From an uncultured Ruminococcus sp. (GTDB lineage Bacteria; Bacillota; Clostridia; Oscillospirales; CAG-272), in assembly GCA_902782445.1 (NCBI GenBank), contig CACZNC010000019.1:12662-76661 (forward strand): a DNA stretch of 64,000 bases, in the 5' to 3' direction. The position numbers and the translations under genes are program-made. Every line of letters begins with the position of its first letter. Positions within the stretch are counted from its first letter, which is position 1. The notes beneath the pieces were generated by a model that did not search any database, was not told where the DNA came from, and saw nothing but the letters and a program-made list of their open reading frames with translations. Positions 58,315 through 64,000 of the stretch are shown piece by piece.

Positions 58315-59550
58315 TCAGTCGTATCTTTCGTCGAATACTCTCTTGCTCTTCTTTTCGCTGCGGGGGAGGACGCCGAGTTCGACCACCTTGACGAGGGGCG
58401 TGAATCCGATCCGGGATTTGACACGCTCCGCAACCCGTTTCGCCATATCCGCGAAGTCAACGGTGCCGTTGGTTTCCACGTAGATGCGCATGGTGTCACG
58501 GCCTTCGAGGTGGGAGATATGGATCTGATATTCGCTCGACAGCTCGGGGAAGGAGGCGAGGACCTCTTCGATCTGCTTCGGGAAGACGTTGACGCCCTTG
58601 ATCTTCATCATGTCGTCGCTCCGGCCGGCGATCACGTCGATGCGGGGGAACTTCGATCCGCAGGGGCATTCGCCGGGGATGATGCGGCTGATATCGTGGG
58701 TGCGGTAGCGGATCAGCGGCGCGCCTTCCTTGACGAGCGTGGTGAGGACGATCTCGCCCCATTCGCCGTCCGGGACGTTCTTTCCGGTCTCGGGGTCGAT
58801 GATCTCCAGATAGAGATAATCGTCCCAAATATGCATACCGGTATCGTATTTGCAGTTGATGCCGATACCCGGGCCGTAGATCTCGGTCAGGCCGTAGATA
58901 TCGTAGAGCTCGATGCCGAGTTCGGTGCGGATCCGGGTGCGCATTTTCTCGCCCCAGCGTTCGGAGCCGATAACGCCCTTTTTCAGCTTGATCTTGTCCT
59001 TGATGCCGCGCTTTTCGATTTCTTCCGCCAGGAGCAGCGCGTAGGAGGAGGTGGCGCAGAGGACGGTGGAACCGAGGTCCGTCATCATCTGCAGCTGCTT
59101 GTCAGTGTTGCCGGGGCCAAGCGGGATCGCCATCGCGCCGAGCCGTTCGCATCCCGCCTGGAATCCGATGCCGGCGGTCCAGAGGCCGTAGCCGGGGGTG
59201 ATGTGGATGCGGTCCTGTTTCGTGATCCCGGCGAATTCATAGCACCGCGCGAACATGATCGCCCAGTCTTCGACGTCCTTCTTCGTGTAGGGGATAATGA
59301 CGGGAACGCCCGTGGTACCCGAGGAGGAATGGATGCGCACGATCTCCTCGTCCGGAACCGCCGCCAGCCCAAGGGGGTACGCGTCCCGCAGATCCTGCTT
59401 CTGGGAGAAGGGGAGTTTTTCGAAATCCTCCACCGAGCTCACGCCGTCGACGCCGATCTCTTTCAGTTTTCTGCCGTAAAAATTATCCGCGGCGATGAGG
59501 CGTTTGATCTGAACGTCCACCTGCGCAAGCTGTTCTTTGGAAATGGTCAT
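58315..59550 (-). CDS. phenylacetate-CoA ligase family (PaaK-like aryl-acid adenylating enzyme)
   Basis: I prefer the second ATG (MTISKEQL, 59550), which has GGAGGAG 7 nt upstream. SSGTTGVPVIIPYT and GLTEIYGPG fit the PaaK family. Confidence 0.85.
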   Translation of the reverse strand: MTISKEQLAQVDVQIKRLIAADNFYGRKLKEIGVDGVSSVEDFEKLPFSQKQDLRDAYPLGLAAVPDEEIVRIHSSSGTTGVPVIIPYTKKDVEDWAIMFARCYEFAGITKQDRIHITPGYGLWTAGIGFQAGCERLGAMAIPLGPGNTDKQLQMMTDLGSTVLCATSSYALLLAEEIEKRGIKDKIKLKKGVIGSERWGEKMRTRIRTELGIELYDIYGLTEIYGPGIGINCKYDTGMHIWDDYLYLEIIDPETGKNVPDGEWGEIVLTTLVKEGAPLIRYRTHDISRIIPGECPCGSKFPRIDVIAGRSDDMMKIKGVNVFPKQIEEVLASFPELSSEYQIHISHLEGRDTMRIYVETNGTVDFADMAKRVAERVKSRIGFTPLVKVVELGVLPRSEKKSKRVFDERYD

Positions 59551-59565
59551 ATCGGTCTCCTCCAT

Positions 59566-62076
59566 TTATTCTTCTGCCCGGTAATACAGGGCTTTTTTAT
59601 TGAGTTCATGCAGTTTCGGGGGCAGGACGGTTTCGAGGGCGGCCCAGAGTTCGTCCCGGCTGAATCCGAGGGCTCCGGTCTCCGCAGCGACGCCCAGCAG
59701 AAGGACGTTCATCACCTTGTCGCTCCCGATCTCGGCGAGGGCACGGTCTCCGTCCACCTTCACAAGCCGTCCCGCATGGGATTCGAGGAAGGCGAGCATG
59801 GCGGCGGGATCGTAAGGCGCGCCTCCGATCATCGCGCTGACGGGTACGACGGGACGGGTCCCCGTGACCACGCATCCGCCCGGTTTGAGGAAGGGCAGCA
59901 TCCGCACCGCTTCCGCCGGTTCGAAGCCGAGGATCAGATCCGCGCCGCCCGGCCCTATCAGGGGTGTGGAGATCCCTTCCCCGATCCGCAGGCAGCTGAA
60001 CACGGATCCACCGCGCTGAGCCATGCCGATGGTCTCCGCGGTACGGACGGGAAGTCCCGCCTGCATCGCCGCTTCCGCGAGGATCCGGGAAGCGAGGACG
60101 GTCCCCTGCCCTCCGACGCCCGCGAGCACGATATTCCTCTGTCCGAAGTCCGTCTTCTTCACGGCGGGAGAGGGGATCGGGGCGCGGGATGGCTTCTCCT
60201 TCTTTTCCCCGCCCTGCCGGTATGCGGCAAGCACGGATTCGGGATCTCCCGCTTCTCCTCCGCCGATCGCGCCGACCGGACAGATCTGCTCGCAGAGGGT
60301 GCATCCGGTGCAGAGGGTCTCGTCGATCTTCGCGCGGCCGTCCTCGAAGATCACGCCGGGACAGCCTATCTCGTTGATGCAGCGGCGGCAGCCCACGCAT
60401 TTCTCGCGGTCCACGGATGCCTTCTTTCCCCGGGGCTTGAACTTCACGACGCAGGGATAGCGGAAGATGATCGCCTTGAATCCGGGTTCGTCGGCGACGC
60501 GGCGCACGGTTTCGATGGCTTTCTCAAGGTCCAGCGGATTGACGGTCTCGACGGTCCCGATCCCGATCCCCCGCAGGACCGCTTCCATATCTACGGCTTC
60601 CGCGGGTTCGTTCATGGCGGTGCGGCCGGTGCCCGGATGGGGCTGATGCCCGGTCATGGCGGTGGTGGAGTTGTCGAGGATGACGAGGGTCATCTCGGCC
60701 TGATTGTAGAATCCGTTCACCGCTCCCGTGATCCCGGAGGCGAAGAATGTGGAATCTCCGACGAAGGCGAAGGCTTTGGTGTCCGGCTCCACGTGGAAGA
60801 CGCCCTGGGCGATGTTGATCCCGGCCCCCATGCAGAGGCAGGTGTCGCACATATCGAGGGGCTTCGCGTTGCCGAGGGTATAGCATCCGATATCCCCGCA
60901 GAAGATGGTCTTTTTGCCCTTCATGGCCTTTTTCACGGCGTAGAAGGAGGCCCGGTGGGGACATCCGGCGCAGAGGACGGGAGGACGCACGGGGAGCGGA
61001 GGGAGATCGGCGGGGGAAGCGGCTCCGGCATGATCTCCGAGGACCGGGATCCCGCAGAACGCGGATACGGTCCGGGCGGTTTCCTCGACGGTGTTCTCCC
61101 CGGCGGATTTCACGGTCCCGTCTTCCTTGCCGCGGATCCGGACCCTGAGCCCCTTCCGTCCGCAGAGACTTACGAGGGCCCGCTCGATCACGGGATCCAG
61201 TTCTTCTACGACGAGGACCTCGTCCAGACCGTCGAGGAACTTTTCCGCCAGCTCGTCCGGGAACGGGAAAGGAGTGGCGACTTTGAGAAGGCGCGGACGG
61301 GAGGCGGGATCGAGAACGTCCGTGAGGTATCCCCAGCTGGCTCCCTGGGACGCGATGCCCAGCTTCTTTCCGGTAAATTCACCCGTTTCGCTGAGGATCC
61401 GGTTCCCCTCGTATGCGGACAGGAGGTTGGTCATGGCACGGTTGCGCGCTTCGATCTTCCCGTGATTGGCGAGGGAGAGCCGCGGGAAGATCACCCACCG
61501 GGAGGAATCCTTGATGAATCCCTCGGGCTTTTCGGGGGCGGCGGGGATCTCGTCCACCTCCACGTCGGCATATCCGTGGTCGATCCGGGTCGTGGGGCGC
61601 AGGATCACGGGGGTCCCGTATCTCTCGGACAGTGCGAAGGCGTCGCCCATCATCCGGTATGCCTCTTCCACCGAGGAAGGATCGAAGACGGGCAGTTTCG
61701 AATACATGGCGAAGGTCCGAGTGTCCTGCTCCGTCTGGGAGGAGATGGGCCCGGGATCGTCCGCCACAAGCACCACCATGCCGCCTTTTACCCCGATATA
61801 GGAAAGGCTCATAAGCGGATCGGAGGCGACGTTCAGCCCCACCTGCTTCATGGTGACAAGGCTTCTCACTCCCGCGTAAGCCGCCCCTGCCGCAACTTCC
61901 ATCGCCGCCTTTTCGTTCACCGACCACTCGACGTGGACGCCGCCGGGATTGCGCTTCGCCACGGTTTCGAGCACTTCGGTGGAGGGCGTTCCGGGATATC
62001 CCGCGACCAGTCCGACGCCGGCCGCCAGAGCTCCGAGCGCCATCGCCTCGTTGCCCATCAGAAATTCTTTGTGCAT
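59566..62076 (-). CDS. indolepyruvate:ferredoxin oxidoreductase, alpha and beta subunits fused in one 836-aa polypeptide
   Basis: The N-terminal 600 aa are IorA-like: MGNEAMALGALAAGV, TPP region, CVGCRRCINEIGCP and CTGCTLCEQICP. The C-terminal 190 aa are IorB-like (RNIVLAGVGGQGTVLASRIL). They are joined by an in-frame linker of about 45 aa, with no stop or Met between. Confidence 0.8.
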   Translation of the reverse strand: MHKEFLMGNEAMALGALAAGVGLVAGYPGTPSTEVLETVAKRNPGGVHVEWSVNEKAAMEVAAGAAYAGVRSLVTMKQVGLNVASDPLMSLSYIGVKGGMVVLVADDPGPISSQTEQDTRTFAMYSKLPVFDPSSVEEAYRMMGDAFALSERYGTPVILRPTTRIDHGYADVEVDEIPAAPEKPEGFIKDSSRWVIFPRLSLANHGKIEARNRAMTNLLSAYEGNRILSETGEFTGKKLGIASQGASWGYLTDVLDPASRPRLLKVATPFPFPDELAEKFLDGLDEVLVVEELDPVIERALVSLCGRKGLRVRIRGKEDGTVKSAGENTVEETARTVSAFCGIPVLGDHAGAASPADLPPLPVRPPVLCAGCPHRASFYAVKKAMKGKKTIFCGDIGCYTLGNAKPLDMCDTCLCMGAGINIAQGVFHVEPDTKAFAFVGDSTFFASGITGAVNGFYNQAEMTLVILDNSTTAMTGHQPHPGTGRTAMNEPAEAVDMEAVLRGIGIGTVETVNPLDLEKAIETVRRVADEPGFKAIIFRYPCVVKFKPRGKKASVDREKCVGCRRCINEIGCPGVIFEDGRAKIDETLCTGCTLCEQICPVGAIGGGEAGDPESVLAAYRQGGEKKEKPSRAPIPSPAVKKTDFGQRNIVLAGVGGQGTVLASRILAEAAMQAGLPVRTAETIGMAQRGGSVFSCLRIGEGISTPLIGPGGADLILGFEPAEAVRMLPFLKPGGCVVTGTRPVVPVSAMIGGAPYDPAAMLAFLESHAGRLVKVDGDRALAEIGSDKVMNVLLLGVAAETGALGFSRDELWAALETVLPPKLHELNKKALYYRAEE

Positions 62077-62122
62077 ATTAGTCCCCGTTCCGGTTTCGTT
62101 CAGCTATTTTGTTATCCCTCAT

Positions 62123-62151
62123 ATTCTATCACGTTTCCGGGCAAATATCAA
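62123..62151 (-). promoter_or_regulatory. sigma-A-type promoter with extended -10 (TTGATA-17-TGaTAGAAT) for the ior-paaK-hisB genes
   Basis: The minus strand reads TTGATAtttgcccggaaacgtgaTAGAAT, about 45 nt upstream of ATG 62076. Confidence 0.6.
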
Positions 62152-62204
62152 GCGGAAAACGTATAAAAATACGGCTTCGCGTTGCCATTCCTGTGGGTAA
62201 AACA

Positions 62205-62244
62205 GCAAAAAAGCCCGGATGCCGCTGAAAAACGGTCCGGGCTC
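62205..62244 (-). terminator. intrinsic terminator after the cobW-like gene
   Basis: On the minus strand: AGCCCGGA-16 nt-TCCGGGCT followed by TTTTTT. Confidence 0.7.
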
Positions 62245-62282
62245 GGGAATTTCCGCAGATCGGAGGATTATTATATACTCCG

Positions 62283-63392
62283 TCAGTCGGTGAGGCAGGC
62301 GTCGAGATGCGCTTCGATATCCGCGCGGTTCATGTTTCGGCCGATGAAGACCAGTTTGATCATGCGGTCGCCGTAGACGGGATCCCAGGTCTCCTTCGCG
62401 TCGGGATAGCGCTTCAGGAGCTCCTTCTGCTCCTTCTTCGGGGCGGAGGCGATGAAGAACCCGGCTTGCTGTTCGGTGATCTGACGTCCGGACTGTTCGA
62501 GGATATAGGCCATGTCGGGGTCCTCGCGATACCAGACCATGCCCTTCGAGCGGATCACGCCGGGGAACCAGTCCTCGCAGAGCGCGTTGAGGGCGGGAAG
62601 GCAGAAGGGCTTGCGGCGGTAGTAGACGAAGGTCTCGATGCCGTATTCCAGCACCTCGGGGTTCTCATGCTCTTCTGGATGCTCCATCGCGTCCACCCAT
62701 GCGGCGGATCCGAGGGCCTTGTCGAGATCGAAGAGACCCGTGTTGAGCAGCTTTGTGATCGGCAGGTCGCAGTTGTTCGCCTCGTAAATGACTGCGTCCT
62801 TCTGGAGACCGCGGACGATGGCGCGCAGTTCCTTGAGGTTTTCCTCCGTGACGAGGTCGGCCTTGTTGAGAATGACAGTGTTGCAGAATTCGAGCTGCTG
62901 GATGAGAAGGCTTTCGATGTCGTCCTCGTCGATGTCCTCCTTCATCAGCTGCTTGCCGTCGTCGAACTCATCCCGCATCCGGGCGGCGTCCACCACGGCG
63001 ACGATGTTGTCAAGCACGAGCGGTATCCCGCCCTCGGTGCTCTCCTCGCAGATCAGGGCGATGGTCTGGGCGATCGGAAGAGGCTCGCAGATGCCGGAGG
63101 CCTCGATGATGATATAGTCGAATTTGCCGGAAGCGGCCAGGCGGCGCAGTCCTTCGGCGAGGTCGTCCTTGAGGGTGCAGCAGATGCATCCGTTCATCAG
63201 GGGAACCATGTCGTTTCTTTCGACGGCTCCGCTCCTCTCGATGAGGTCGGCGTCAATATTGACTTCCCCGATATCGTTCACGATGACGGCGGCGCGGATG
63301 CCCTCCGTATTGGCGAGAATGTGATTGAGCAGCGTTGTCTTGCCCGCTCCGAGATATCCTGTGATCAGAGCGATTTTCACGGTCGGTTTCAT
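62283..63392 (-). CDS. COG0523/CobW-family GTPase metallochaperone
   Basis: 369 aa from ATG 63392 (RBS AAAGGA; the ORF-track start is 12 codons earlier). GYLGAGKTTLLNHIL, CICCTL and a C-terminal CobW_C-like domain. Confidence 0.85.
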   Translation of the reverse strand: MKPTVKIALITGYLGAGKTTLLNHILANTEGIRAAVIVNDIGEVNIDADLIERSGAVERNDMVPLMNGCICCTLKDDLAEGLRRLAASGKFDYIIIEASGICEPLPIAQTIALICEESTEGGIPLVLDNIVAVVDAARMRDEFDDGKQLMKEDIDEDDIESLLIQQLEFCNTVILNKADLVTEENLKELRAIVRGLQKDAVIYEANNCDLPITKLLNTGLFDLDKALGSAAWVDAMEHPEEHENPEVLEYGIETFVYYRRKPFCLPALNALCEDWFPGVIRSKGMVWYREDPDMAYILEQSGRQITEQQAGFFIASAPKKEQKELLKRYPDAKETWDPVYGDRMIKLVFIGRNMNRADIEAHLDACLTD

Positions 63393-63437
63393 GATTTGTC
63401 CTTTCTTTCCGAAACAATCTCTGTACATTGTATCACT

Positions 63438-63911
63438 TCACGTCCCGCTTGTCAAGAACGGCGGGAAAAATTCCTCCTCGCCCCGGGTCGCCCAGAAGAC
63501 GGCGTATCCTTCGGGAATGCCCATTCTCCGGTAGGCTTCGAGCCGGTGGTTTCCGTCGTTGAGTTCGAGCCCTTCCGCCGTACAGTGGACGATCACGGGA
63601 GGCAGGTCCGCGCCGTTTCGGATCTCCTCCTCGAGCCAGACCGTGCGCTTCTCGAATCCCTCCCGGTCCACCCGCCAGATCATGTCCTCCTCGGGTCCGC
63701 AGATCCTTGTCAGGATGGACAGCGGGATCTTCACGGGGCCGATCCAGACACGGGGAGCGAGGTTCAGCCCGTCAGACATGGGGACATTGCGTCCGTCGGT
63801 GCGGAGATAGGCGTGGACCCACTCCTCGATCCGCCCGGCTTCCGCGTACCGGAGAGCGCAGGACAGGGTGCGATCGTAGGCGGGTAAGCCGGAAGCATTC
63901 TTCTCCGTCAT
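63438..63911 (-). CDS. ParB/sulfiredoxin-fold (ParB-like nuclease domain) protein
   Basis: 157 aa. PPVIVHCTAEGLELNDGNHRLEAYRRMG resembles the ParB N-terminal domain motif. Its ATG overlaps the stop of the upstream gene (ATGA). Confidence 0.55.
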   Translation of the reverse strand: MTEKNASGLPAYDRTLSCALRYAEAGRIEEWVHAYLRTDGRNVPMSDGLNLAPRVWIGPVKIPLSILTRICGPEEDMIWRVDREGFEKRTVWLEEEIRNGADLPPVIVHCTAEGLELNDGNHRLEAYRRMGIPEGYAVFWATRGEEEFFPPFLTSGT

Positions 63912-64000
63912 ACCGTTCCCTCCAATCCGAGGCAGGCGTCGATCAGATCGTCGATTTTGGCCTCCGCCATGGCGATCACGGTGTCCGCCGCGCCGTAGTA
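63908..64000 (-). CDS. 3' end of an unidentified gene (continues beyond the window)
   Basis: My translation of the minus strand reads ...YYGAADTVIAMAEAKIDDLIDACLGLEGTV-stop. It is in an operon with the ParB-like gene. Confidence 0.4.
   Translation of the reverse strand, partial: YYGAADTVIAMAEAKIDDLIDACLGLEGTV

Noticed and set aside
58129-62166. 1345-aa plus-strand ORF, the longest in the window
   Set aside because: It lies antisense to hisB, the PaaK-like gene and the IorAB gene, all of which have strong family motifs. Its translation is a Gly/Asp/Arg/His-rich repeat-like string.

Overview
GC-rich (by eye, not computed), gene-dense, mostly plus-strand segment. It looks like core chromosome of a spore-forming, strictly anaerobic Clostridia-class Firmicute: SpoIIID, SpoVB-like flippase, PdaA-like cortex deacetylase, PFOR, indolepyruvate:ferredoxin oxidoreductase, an SLH-anchored surface protein and an ECF S-component are all present. 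I call about 57 protein genes (3 disrupted), one tRNA-Glu(CUC), several near-consensus sigma-A promoters and several hairpin terminators. I see no transposase, integrase, reverse transcriptase, CRISPR array, toxin-antitoxin pair or recognisable defence gene. I therefore cannot point to a clear-cut novel mobile or immunity system, and most of the window is ordinary housekeeping. Observations worth a second look: (1) the PFOR gene and an ABC exporter gene each lack a roughly 85-100 nt internal segment and are frame-broken, and a third gene has a simple frameshift; (2) a 52-bp exact duplication of the tRNA-Glu 3' end plus its terminator, an att-like scar enclosing only 103 bp; (3) four tandem 12-14 nt units in the leader of the pdaA-like gene; (4) a structured, unclassified leader with a perfect 11-bp hairpin before an ECF S-component gene, whose core 13-mer recurs just after the gene; (5) an SLH protein / DUF4358 / MBOAT / two DHHW-type genes cluster that looks like a surface-polymer O-acylation module; (6) an in-frame IorA-IorB fusion next to a PaaK-type ligase; (7) an XPD/DinG helicase with an N-terminal RecB/Cas4-like nuclease domain; (8) several uncharacterised Cys-rich proteins and a 28-aa hydrophobic micropeptide missing from the ORF track. 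Coordinates of non-coding elements were counted by hand and may be off by 1-2 nt.
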